From assembly GCA_048885535.1 (NCBI GenBank), contig JBHLLO010000002.1:16952-80951 (forward strand): 64,000 nt of DNA, in the 5' to 3' direction. The notes under the pieces were generated by a model, which was not told the DNA's origin, searched no databases, and worked only from the letters and a program-made list of their open reading frames with translations. Positions 18,379-26,948 of this stretch are shown in pieces. The stretch's first letter is position 1; each line of letters opens with the position of its first letter. This DNA comes from Candidatus Hermodarchaeota archaeon (GTDB lineage: Archaea > Asgardarchaeota > Lokiarchaeia > Sigyniarchaeales > SOKP01). The translations under genes were made by a program, and so were the position numbers.

Positions 18379-19338
18379 TTAATCAATATTCCAATTCATT
18401 TCTATAGATACTTTATTTAGAGCATTTATTAGAGGTTTTATTAACTTTTTATCAAAAATGTTAGGGGAAGCCATACCTTTCTGAGTTTTCCAACCCATTT
18501 GAACACCCTCACCCATTTCTCTTTTACCAAATTTAATGAAATTAGTTAGATCTCGAACCCACCAATAAAATCTTAACCACTTTTTGTTTGGATTATCTTT
18601 GGAATAGATAATTGCGAGAGCTTTCCATTCTCCAACTAGCCACTTTACTGTAATACCACTTATAGGCATGTAATAATTAATTGGAAAGTTACTATGAAAA
18701 CTTAGGTTTAGATCTGACGGTGGTATACTAAAAATCGGTTGATTATATCCCTCTAATATCACAATTTCAGAGCAATTTTGACAAATATAATGTGATTTAT
18801 TTTTCTCCATCTTATTCTGGCAATTCGGACATGTTCGATTCTCAATAATTCGGGCTTTAATTATATCTAAATTTCTTTCTTTTTCTAATTCCTCCTTAGT
18901 TTTTTGTTTAGATTTACCATATTTTCCCCTCCAGTTCCAATTTTCATCGAAAGCATCATCGATCTTTTTTAAAGCAATGATAATATTTCTAAGGACTTCT
19001 CTATTATAAATTTTAATTAATCCAGCATGTTGATAATTTTTCCACCATGACAATCTTATATATCTTTCTTTATATGAACTTTCACAAATTAAAACCGCCA
19101 TAACGTAATTAGAAGTTTTGGAAACAACTATTCCCTTTTCACAAACTTCGAAATCTTTATTCAAACTAAGATTTTTATGAAAATATTCACCATCTTGAAA
19201 CTCACCCTCCGCAATCACTTTTTTTTGTTCTTCTTCAACTTTTTCATCGGAATGCTTTAATATTTTTCTGCATTGAGGACATTGAAATATTCCAGCAACT
19301 AAAGGTTCCATATTAATATTACATGAAGGGCATTTCAA
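18379..19338 (-). CDS. Hypothetical protein with two copies of a [zinc ribbon + WW-motif domain] module
   Basis: Half 1 reads CPSC..CPQC ... VMAVLICESSYKERYIRLSWWKNY ... IIIALKKIDDAFDENWNW. Half 2 reads CPNC..CQNC ... ALAIIYSKDNPNKKWLRFYWWVRD ... LINALNKVSIEMNWN. Confidence 0.7.
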   Translation of the reverse strand: MKCPSCNINMEPLVAGIFQCPQCRKILKHSDEKVEEEQKKVIAEGEFQDGEYFHKNLSLNKDFEVCEKGIVVSKTSNYVMAVLICESSYKERYIRLSWWKNYQHAGLIKIYNREVLRNIIIALKKIDDAFDENWNWRGKYGKSKQKTKEELEKERNLDIIKARIIENRTCPNCQNKMEKNKSHYICQNCSEIVILEGYNQPIFSIPPSDLNLSFHSNFPINYYMPISGITVKWLVGEWKALAIIYSKDNPNKKWLRFYWWVRDLTNFIKFGKREMGEGVQMGWKTQKGMASPNIFDKKLIKPLINALNKVSIEMNWNID

Positions 19339-19340
19339 AA

Positions 19341-20441
19341 TTAATCATCACTCCCTATAATGATAGCTCTCTCATAATCTAGATTTAAAAGTTTAATATC
19401 TTTTTGGGATAGTTTAGAAATTTCATTATTAATTTCAACCAATTTTTCTCGAAGAGATAATAAAGATTCTTGAATTTCGTCAACAATATTTTCCTCATTA
19501 TATGAGACTTTTTCAATGAAGTTTAGATAACTATGTTTCCTACCCTTACCAGTGTAAATTCTTTTGATATCTACTAGATTTTTCTCAATATCATTTAATT
19601 TAAAACTAAAATTTAGCAACTCAAGTAAAGTCGATTTCCATTGTAAAAATAATTCGTTTTCTGAATCTATTTTTTCAAAATTAAATTTTTCTGGGAGTGT
19701 AATTTTATGATCTTTGAGATAGTTAAAGATTTCCATGCTTTCTTCTATTGCTTTATATATTTTAGTCAAAACGGTTTTACTATTTAATATGGGTTCGAAA
19801 ATGCTTATAAGTTTAGTGGTTTTATCTTGAATTTCTTTAAATCTTTTGAAAAACCCCTCTATTGTCATTTCTATTTTTACAGCGTGATACACATTACCAA
19901 ATTGATCTAAAATATAATATAAATCATCAGATAAAGCATAATCATGATCTCCGATTTCATATATTAAAGAATGGATAACATTGGTAGATTCGCATCTTAC
20001 ACTCTTTAATTTAGTAAGAGCTAAATTGAAATTTCTTCTTAATATCGATTTGAATTTTTTATTTAACATTAGAAAGAGAGTATCATCTGGCACAGATATT
20101 GCATTTTTTTCAACTGTAATTGTTTCTTCCCCTAATTTTATAATGAAATCATCTTCCTTTCTATCAAATTCTCTTAAGGTTCGAATATTTTTGAATAATC
20201 CTAAGTCAATTGCAATCTCAATAAATTCGTTTGACCAAAATTTTGTAATATTACTTTTATAAATGTCATCTAATATTAGTACCCTCTCATACGATTCTAT
20301 ACGACTTTTTTCTTTCAAATCTTTAAATAAATCATTCCTGATAACATAAAGAAACAATATGATATATCTCGTATCCAGATCGTCAAGGATTTTTTCAATT
20401 AAATTCCTATCGTGCTCTAATGATAAATCTCTATGTTCCAT
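19341..20441 (-). CDS. Hypothetical protein, 366 aa; first gene of the cluster
   Basis: A long ORF lying 2 nt upstream of the next gene. It is helical with a coiled-coil C-terminus. No family was recognised. Confidence 0.7.
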   Translation of the reverse strand: MEHRDLSLEHDRNLIEKILDDLDTRYIILFLYVIRNDLFKDLKEKSRIESYERVLILDDIYKSNITKFWSNEFIEIAIDLGLFKNIRTLREFDRKEDDFIIKLGEETITVEKNAISVPDDTLFLMLNKKFKSILRRNFNLALTKLKSVRCESTNVIHSLIYEIGDHDYALSDDLYYILDQFGNVYHAVKIEMTIEGFFKRFKEIQDKTTKLISIFEPILNSKTVLTKIYKAIEESMEIFNYLKDHKITLPEKFNFEKIDSENELFLQWKSTLLELLNFSFKLNDIEKNLVDIKRIYTGKGRKHSYLNFIEKVSYNEENIVDEIQESLLSLREKLVEINNEISKLSQKDIKLLNLDYERAIIIGSDD

Positions 20442-20633
20442 GCCTAAAATCCACTAATTATGTTAAAATTATTATAATTCTTTCAGTTAAAAAGAGTAAT
20501 TAACAGAATTAAACATTCCTAAAAAATCTTACGATTTCCTCTAAATTTAAATCAAAAAGAAAAAATTTTTTAGATTTGATTCCTAATTTCATAATAAAGT
20601 AGATTAAGAAAAATTCAATCATAATGATTTCAT

Positions 20634-21215
20634 ATGGGAAGAAGAAAAAGAAAACAACAGACATATAAAAGAGTTAAGAAAGTACCAAAAATATTTACTT
20701 GTCCTTCATGTGGAGAGAAGTCTGTAAAAGTTGAGGGGCTTAGAAAAGGCATAATTGCAACAGTTAAGTGTGGCTATTGTGGTTTAACAAAAGACGTATT
20801 AGTTAATTCAATATCAGAACCTGTTGACGCTTTTGGTGATTTTATTGATGTTTATTACGCTGATCAAGAAATGCAACGACTAGAGAGACGAGTTGAAAAG
20901 TTAAAAGAAGAAAATGCATGGGGTGAATTAGCTCTATGCTATTCAATTTTATCTGATCTTTGTAAAGTAAAGGCTGCGGAATTATTAGAAGATGAGGAGA
21001 ACACGGATTTAGATGAAGTTAATAATTGGAAGCTAAGATCAGAAGAGTATAAGAAAAAAGAAAAAGATGCTCTTCATCAACTAGATCTCCTTGAAATGGA
21101 AAAAGGTATAAAAACTGATGAAGAATCGCTATTTTCTGAACATGATGAGAGTAGTATAAAAAAGGAGAAAAAAATTGATGATATCTTTGATGATCCTGGG
21201 TTTTTAGAGTTCTAA
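20634..21215 (+). CDS. elf1: Transcription elongation factor Elf1 homologue with long acidic coiled-coil C-terminal extension
   Basis: The basic N-terminus MGRRKRKQQTYKRVKK is followed by FTCPSCGEKSVKVEG...ATVKCGYCGLTKDVLVNSISEPVDAFGDFIDVYY. This matches the Elf1 zinc-ribbon pattern F.CP.C...SV....C..C.....L.EP.DVY..WID. Confidence 0.7.
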   Translation: MGRRKRKQQTYKRVKKVPKIFTCPSCGEKSVKVEGLRKGIIATVKCGYCGLTKDVLVNSISEPVDAFGDFIDVYYADQEMQRLERRVEKLKEENAWGELALCYSILSDLCKVKAAELLEDEENTDLDEVNNWKLRSEEYKKKEKDALHQLDLLEMEKGIKTDEESLFSEHDESSIKKEKKIDDIFDDPGFLEF

Positions 21216-21223
21216 AATATAGA

Positions 21224-22930
21224 CTATTCTTTTAAGATTTTAGATTTGATATTCTGGGGGATATATTTCCATATTGGTAGTTTTAAAATAAAATCATAAA
21301 ACTTTTTCCGATTTAATTTATTTTTTAAAATAAAGTAACCCCAATTATAAAAAGCCAATCTATTGAAAAGGTGCATTAAATTTATACCAAATGGGTTATA
21401 TTTTGAAGTTAAAAAGCTTGCAATGTAAGCACCTAACCTTTTTGTATGTGGAATGGATTCTGGATAAATCGATTCGGACAGTGGTCTATTAAATATTTCA
21501 TAAATTGAAAATATTGGAATAAGTGCATCTAAAATTTTACTAACTTTGAGATCATAATTTTGACTATTAATAGAGTACATAGAGAGTTGATTTAGCTCTT
21601 TTATCGCAAAGTTAAAATAGCGTTCTTTGAAATTTAACCACATTTTTGCCATTAAATCCTTTATTTCAACTATTTCATTAAGGATCTCTTCTTCTTCAAA
21701 ATCAAAGCCATATTTTTTTTCATAATATTTTAGACATAATAAAAAAATCGAATCTATTGATTCATAGTTTAATTCTTCATCATTTTTCTTGCCTTGAATT
21801 AAATACTTCATTTCTTCATTTGTTAAAGGATGTAATGTATGAGTATATAGTGGAGTTGTCCATAATAGTTTCAAAATTTTTTCCATAACGTAGATATATA
21901 GGTTAAATTTCTCAATCTCAAAAAGTTTTTTAGAAGATTCAAGTATAGCCCATTTAAATCTTTTTGATCTATTGAAAAATAATTTTAGCTTATTATATCG
22001 GCTTAATCTACTTTTTAGATTTCTTTTTTCATTTTTATAGACTATAATTTTTTCAATTAAAATTTTTTTAAATGATATGAGTTTCTTAATATATGCATAA
22101 AAATCTATGTTATAGTTCTCATTCACTTTATCATGAGGAATTAAAGGAATATTTAATATTTTTTTAGGCGGAGTTAATTCAATACTCATAGAGTGATCTC
22201 CAATTGAATAGGAAAAGTAAATTTCTTGAAGAACTTCATCTAATGATCTAAAAGTCCCAAGATTTTTTGGATCTTTAGTAAAATATCCATGTAAAAGAGT
22301 ATCTATGCCTTTATAGACGTTGTTATTATATTCTGAGATAATTATTGACTCAAATTCCCCAGGGTGATGTCTTTTAATATTATATCTTTTGGATACTAAA
22401 AAGATTGCCTGGTTTGCTCTGTGGCATACAGTGTGACTCCATTTTAAAATTGGTTCCAAAATTTTTCCATAAGTCAATATATATCCATAGAATTCAGGAC
22501 CAAAATATATTGGAAAACCAAATCCACGAGATGTTGCAAATGTAAATTGAAAGAGGTGTCTTACTTTCTCCCCTTTTAATAATCCTGGGAATTTATAATG
22601 TAATACAAGCTTAGGATATAATGCATCACAACCTAGATTCATCCAAGCTTCGAATAAAATGAAACTATCAGGAAATTCCGACGAATCTCTATTGTAAATT
22701 AAATCACTCGTTAATGTATCTAAAGCCGATGGAAGTAAATAAAGCTTATCTCCTTTATAATTGATAGTTTCACGTATAAAAGGTTTTATTTGATTCTTTA
22801 TTTGAGCTTTTTTATAATAATAGCGATTCATTACTCTTATTAATGAAGGAATCTCTAAAATCTGCCTTTTGAGATCATGGGAAACTTTTATAGTAGAATA
22901 GCCTTGAATTTCATGTTTAGATTGCTCCAA
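21224..22930 (-). CDS. Hypothetical protein, 568 aa
   Basis: A long ORF rich in aromatic and lysine residues. No motif was recognised. It is convergent with elf1. Confidence 0.7.
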   Translation of the reverse strand: MEQSKHEIQGYSTIKVSHDLKRQILEIPSLIRVMNRYYYKKAQIKNQIKPFIRETINYKGDKLYLLPSALDTLTSDLIYNRDSSEFPDSFILFEAWMNLGCDALYPKLVLHYKFPGLLKGEKVRHLFQFTFATSRGFGFPIYFGPEFYGYILTYGKILEPILKWSHTVCHRANQAIFLVSKRYNIKRHHPGEFESIIISEYNNNVYKGIDTLLHGYFTKDPKNLGTFRSLDEVLQEIYFSYSIGDHSMSIELTPPKKILNIPLIPHDKVNENYNIDFYAYIKKLISFKKILIEKIIVYKNEKRNLKSRLSRYNKLKLFFNRSKRFKWAILESSKKLFEIEKFNLYIYVMEKILKLLWTTPLYTHTLHPLTNEEMKYLIQGKKNDEELNYESIDSIFLLCLKYYEKKYGFDFEEEEILNEIVEIKDLMAKMWLNFKERYFNFAIKELNQLSMYSINSQNYDLKVSKILDALIPIFSIYEIFNRPLSESIYPESIPHTKRLGAYIASFLTSKYNPFGINLMHLFNRLAFYNWGYFILKNKLNRKKFYDFILKLPIWKYIPQNIKSKILKE

Positions 22931-23069
22931 TTAACTCAGCTGTTAACTAGTCTTATAGTTTACTAATAATATTAAATGCTTATTTAATTATAATCTTAAT
23001 TAAAATTCGAAATAAGAGATAAGAGTTAATTGTTCCTAAATGTTAAAAGATTTTTAAGTGAAAATAAAA

Positions 23070-23534
23070 TTAACTTGGTGTTTTTCGTTTATTAAAAAGT
23101 TGTTTAAGTTCACTCATTATAGCTCCTCTCAAAGTTATTGGACTAGCAGGTCGAGCGGATCCTGGACCTCCAGGTGGACCTCCAGGGGGCGGTGGTGGAC
23201 CTCCAGGGGGTGGACGAGGACTTCCTGCAGGTGTACCACTGGGTGGACCTCCAGGGGGTGGAGGAGCACTATTTGGAGCTTTTGGTGCGGATACTATAGG
23301 CGCTACGGTACCTCCAGTTGACTTATAAATAGCTATTTCGTTACTCAATGTATTAACTTTAGTTTCTAATGTTGATAATTTTTGATGAATAGATGATAAT
23401 GATTGATCTACTAAATCAGGAATTCTAAGAATCATAGACATCATTCTTTCGACAATATCTCCGAAAGCATTTAACTTTTCTTCGAGAGGAGCCTTTCTAG
23501 TTTCTTGCATGAAATTTGCGAATTCTTCTGCCAT
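23070..23534 (-). CDS. Coiled-coil / polyproline / basic amphipathic-tail protein
   Basis: 154 aa. The N-terminal part is a heptad-like helix. The middle reads SAPPPPGGPPSGTPAGSPRPPPGGPPPPPGGPPGGPG. The C-terminus reads ITLRGAIMSELKQLFNKRKTPS. The coding strand was chosen because the opposite-strand ORF (23058..23321) is a W/S/R-rich mirror of the Pro/Gly codons. Confidence 0.75.
   Translation of the reverse strand: MAEEFANFMQETRKAPLEEKLNAFGDIVERMMSMILRIPDLVDQSLSSIHQKLSTLETKVNTLSNEIAIYKSTGGTVAPIVSAPKAPNSAPPPPGGPPSGTPAGSPRPPPGGPPPPPGGPPGGPGSARPASPITLRGAIMSELKQLFNKRKTPS
23164..23258. repeat. GC-rich imperfect tandem repeat (4 copies of GGACCTCCAGG within GGTGGACCTCCAGGGGG-like units)
   Basis: Copies are seen at 23164, 23176, 23197 and 23244. 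The repeat encodes the PPGGPP tracts on the minus strand and forms a sharp GC island in otherwise AT-rich DNA. Confidence 0.8.
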
Positions 23535-23676
23535 TTTTTTATCTCAATTTTTATAATTAAAGAATTATACAATAATTTTTCTAATAATTATATATCTGAA
23601 TTATTTAATAAATTTAAGTCCGTGTGTATTAAAACTATTTTGAGTAAAATTATAAAAAATATTAAAAAAAAAGAAG

Positions 23677-24309
23677 TTAACTTGATTTTGATACAGAATC
23701 TTTTATAACCATCCACAATTCATCTAATTCATTTCTCACTTCTAAAAATTGATGAATTTTTTTCAATAATACATCTCTAGCTATATCAAAGTCTCTTTGA
23801 TAATCATTGAATTCTGCATCTAAAATTTTAAGTTTTTCCCCTTCAATTAGTTTATTTTTCATTTTTTCAACATTTAGAGCCTTTTTAATGACTGCATTTC
23901 TTTTATTGGCTACTTCATTTAACGCATCTGCAAATTCTATTTTTTTCTCAATAAAATATTCTTTCTTCAAAGCAAGGTTTTTAATTGCATCTATGTATTT
24001 ATTATTCACTGCTATATATCCATCATTTTTACGAATGATATCTAAATATAAATTTATCTCTTCTTCTTGAATATTTGATTTTTTCTCTCTTACTAAAGTT
24101 TGCATTTGTTTAATTACGTCTCTAAAAGTCCGATTTAACATTTCTCTTCCTAAATTTGCTTTAGTAAGATTTTCTGCATATTTTTTTTGAGCATTGATAA
24201 GATCATATTGAGCTTTTGCCAGTTTTCTTATTTGATTGACTAACTCTTTCTCTGTTCCTGCTAATTCAAGCTCATCCTCATGCGTAATAATAGGGCTCAT
24301 TTTTATCAA
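23677..24309 (-). CDS. Hypothetical all-helical coiled-coil protein, 210 aa
   Basis: Heptad-rich K/E/N sequence throughout. No family could be assigned by eye. Confidence 0.65.
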   Translation of the reverse strand: MIKMSPIITHEDELELAGTEKELVNQIRKLAKAQYDLINAQKKYAENLTKANLGREMLNRTFRDVIKQMQTLVREKKSNIQEEEINLYLDIIRKNDGYIAVNNKYIDAIKNLALKKEYFIEKKIEFADALNEVANKRNAVIKKALNVEKMKNKLIEGEKLKILDAEFNDYQRDFDIARDVLLKKIHQFLEVRNELDELWMVIKDSVSKSS

Positions 24310-24399
24310 TTTTTATTAAAGATTAATTATATTAATTTTTAGTATGTTTTTTATGCCAATACTTAGTTATATATTTTAGTTTTTTAAATTTATTCATAA

Positions 24400-25434
24400 T
24401 TATAACGGAAATAACGCTGTTAAGATATTGTCTCTATAGTTTGCCTTTATAACTTTAGCCTTGATTTTTTTGTTTAAAATTTCATCAGAATAAAGGAAAG
24501 GTTTTTTTAATAAGACCTTTATACCAAAATTTCTACTAATTTTTCCAATACACTCATAATTCCAACGCCCTATTGATACTATCTCCAATTCTATTATATC
24601 ATGTTTTTTTAAATTAATGTTTGAAACAGGAAGGCGTTTATGAATCCCAAAATCTAAAGGTCCGAGTTTTAATTTGATATTGTATTTTTTTTCTAACTCA
24701 GTTAAATGTTTATAGAAATAAGTCCATGATTTTGGACGAATTTTTTTTAACTTTCTTCCTGTTTTATATATTAAGTATTTCTGAATGCCAATTTGGACCT
24801 TTTCTTTAGAGTATCCTTCATTCCTTAATTGAATGACAAATTTAATTATATCCTCAATATCTTTATCATTTTGGTTTGGAAACCATACAGGTGCAATTAA
24901 TACATTAATATTGGAGTCTAACAAGTAATAGATGTTCTGGATAAGAGCCTCAAGATTGTATTGCCTACAATCGCATAAATAATTTGCTTTGCTTTCATTT
25001 AGTGTATTTAAACTAATATTTATACGTGTAAGATTTAAGAGATTCAACTTTTTAATAATTTGTTTTGATAGTAGCAACCCATTACTTTGCATTGAGATAA
25101 TTTTTACTCCCTCAATTTCCCAAAGTTGGCTTAGTAACCTATACAATTCGGAGTATAAAAGGATTTCACCATAGGGAGCAATATGAATTTCTATATTAAA
25201 ATTTCCTTTAATAGTGACAGCTTTTCTTACTTCTTTAGCCAAATAATTGGAATTTACTATAAAATTAGTATTATAATCACCTGCATTTACAAAACAATAT
25301 TTACATTTCAAGTTACATAAAGTTAAAGGTTTTATTTCAATTACATTAGTACTACGATCTATTAAACCAATAAAATCAACCCCCATTAGGGGTATTTCTG
25401 ATTTTTCATCAATATATATTGTATTAGTAGTCAT
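24400..25434 (-). CDS. Radical SAM domain protein
   Basis: The cluster motif CNLKCKYCF fits CxxxCxxC near the N-terminus. A TIM-barrel-like body and a C-terminal beta-rich domain follow. Confidence 0.8.
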   Translation of the reverse strand: MTTNTIYIDEKSEIPLMGVDFIGLIDRSTNVIEIKPLTLCNLKCKYCFVNAGDYNTNFIVNSNYLAKEVRKAVTIKGNFNIEIHIAPYGEILLYSELYRLLSQLWEIEGVKIISMQSNGLLLSKQIIKKLNLLNLTRINISLNTLNESKANYLCDCRQYNLEALIQNIYYLLDSNINVLIAPVWFPNQNDKDIEDIIKFVIQLRNEGYSKEKVQIGIQKYLIYKTGRKLKKIRPKSWTYFYKHLTELEKKYNIKLKLGPLDFGIHKRLPVSNINLKKHDIIELEIVSIGRWNYECIGKISRNFGIKVLLKKPFLYSDEILNKKIKAKVIKANYRDNILTALFPL

Positions 25435-25465
25435 ATGAGTTTTAGGTTAATACTTTTTCATTTCT

Positions 25466-26539
25466 CTAAGGTTTATACCTCAAAATAGCTACTATATCAC
25501 CTAAAGCAATAATTTGTTGACCAGTAGGTTGTTCACTACTCAAAATGTAATATTTCCCATCAGATTTTTCTATATCAGTTAAAATCTCTTCAATTTCAAG
25601 TTTTTTCTCTTTTGAGATACCACGTATTAAAATATCTGTAATAAATAATTCTTCTATCACTCCACTTTTGGATAAATTAGAGATCTCTTTCACTCCAATA
25701 GCAATTAAGTCTGGATCAGTTGCTAAAATTGCAAAAATTTTCTCTATCTTATCTGTTTCTTGAAAAATTTTTACCTTTTCTTTTAAATTCTTTAATTGGG
25801 GAGATTTTAAGGTTTCAAATATTGCACTCTCAGTACCTGAGCTTGCATGAATAATATTAATTTTAGATAGATAATCCGGTTGTTTCTTGTCTTTAAGGTA
25901 TTTTAGAAATTTGTCTTTAATATTTCCAGGACCACACAAGATAATTAGATTTATATTTATGTTTTTGACGTTTTCATCCAATACTTTATTAATATCACCA
26001 AAAAATTCTTCATATGCTTTATTTCGATGGATTTGTTCATATCTTTTTCCGGGAATTGTTTTTTTAATAGTGGCTATTCTTGTATGACTAAAGTTAGTGA
26101 TAAGTGCAGCATTTGCTAATCCGCTTTCAATTGCAATTATAAGTAGTACAAAATTAACATCAAATTTTGAAAATTCCGTTAATCTTTTTATCTCACTCCT
26201 TAACCACATCTCCTTTATAATACTTAATTCGTTACCCACTTCGATATTAAATGTATGATAAGTTCCGAAACTCACAAAATCTTCAGGACCTTCACTAATT
26301 GTACCTTTAACTCTTAATCTATTTGAAAATTCATGGAATGAAACAGATTCTACCTTTAATTTTATCCACATTTTTTTTCGTTCTCCTTTTGTACCTTCCC
26401 TTAATACTACTCTTCTAGAAGTTCGCGTAGAAACATAATCATTCTTAGAAATAACATTATAAAGTGTCCATAAATCATTTAATGTTTCAATTTTAACAAT
26501 GACTTCTTGATTTTTATTATCTATTTCAAGAATCTTCAA
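25466..26539 (-). CDS. pelA: Pelota (Dom34) mRNA surveillance / ribosome rescue factor
   Basis: The N-terminus MKILEIDNKNQEVIVKIETLNDLWTLYNVISKNDYV and the 357 aa length are typical of archaeal Pelota. Confidence 0.85.
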   Translation of the reverse strand: MKILEIDNKNQEVIVKIETLNDLWTLYNVISKNDYVSTRTSRRVVLREGTKGERKKMWIKLKVESVSFHEFSNRLRVKGTISEGPEDFVSFGTYHTFNIEVGNELSIIKEMWLRSEIKRLTEFSKFDVNFVLLIIAIESGLANAALITNFSHTRIATIKKTIPGKRYEQIHRNKAYEEFFGDINKVLDENVKNININLIILCGPGNIKDKFLKYLKDKKQPDYLSKINIIHASSGTESAIFETLKSPQLKNLKEKVKIFQETDKIEKIFAILATDPDLIAIGVKEISNLSKSGVIEELFITDILIRGISKEKKLEIEEILTDIEKSDGKYYILSSEQPTGQQIIALGDIVAILRYKP

Positions 26540-26671
26540 ATATCAAATCAACTTTCTTAAACTGGTTATTCCTAATTTAGTTAAAGAATAGATATTAGAA
26601 AAGCTTACTTTTTTAGAAGGTATAAACAGTAAATAAATAAAAAAAGGAAAATGAAACAAAAATACAAAGAT

Positions 26672-26824
26672 TTATTCTTTTTCTCCTAAGGCTTCCCTAA
26701 TTTTTTCAAGTTCTTCCATTCTTTTCTTCTTTTCTTCTTCCCTTTTTCTCAGTTCTTCCACACTAACCTTTTGGAGAGTGACTCCCTTCTTAATCTCATC
26801 TTGTAACTCTTTATCAATTGGCAT
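26672..26824 (-). CDS. Unlisted 50 aa ORF with WH2-like N-terminal motif and K/E-rich helix
   Basis: Below the ORF-track size cutoff. My translation is MPIDKELQDEIKKGVTLQKVSVEELRKREEEKKKRMEELEKIREALGEKE, followed by TAA. AAGGAG lies 10 nt upstream of the ATG. Confidence 0.5.
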   Translation of the reverse strand: MPIDKELQDEIKKGVTLQKVSVEELRKREEEKKKRMEELEKIREALGEKE

Positions 26825-26834
26825 TATACCACAA

Positions 26835-26840
26835 CTCCTT
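26835..26840 (-). promoter_or_regulatory. Shine-Dalgarno AAGGAG for the 50-codon ORF
   Basis: The sense strand reads GTAAAGGAGTTGTGGTATAATG. The plus strand shows ctcctt at 26835-26840. Confidence 0.5.
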
Positions 26841-26948
26841 TACAATCAATAATTCTTGAGAAGAAATTATAATCTTAATTTACAGATATTATAACAATTT
26901 TTATTTATAAGTTTAAGTTTATAGAAAAACATTAAAACTAAAAGAAAA

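Noticed and set aside
11553-22930. Integrated virus or mobile element as an explanation for the block of orphan genes
   Set aside because: No integrase, transposase, capsid-like or terminase-like motif was seen. There is no flanking tRNA or direct repeat, and no visible compositional shift relative to neighbouring housekeeping genes. This cannot be fully excluded without searches, so it is kept as an alternative in the finding.
23058-23321. 87 aa plus-strand ORF rich in W/S/R/T (WTSRG repeats)
   Set aside because: It is a mirror image of the Pro/Gly codon repeats. The minus-strand ORF is longer and has a normal N-terminal domain and a biologically sensible proline tract.
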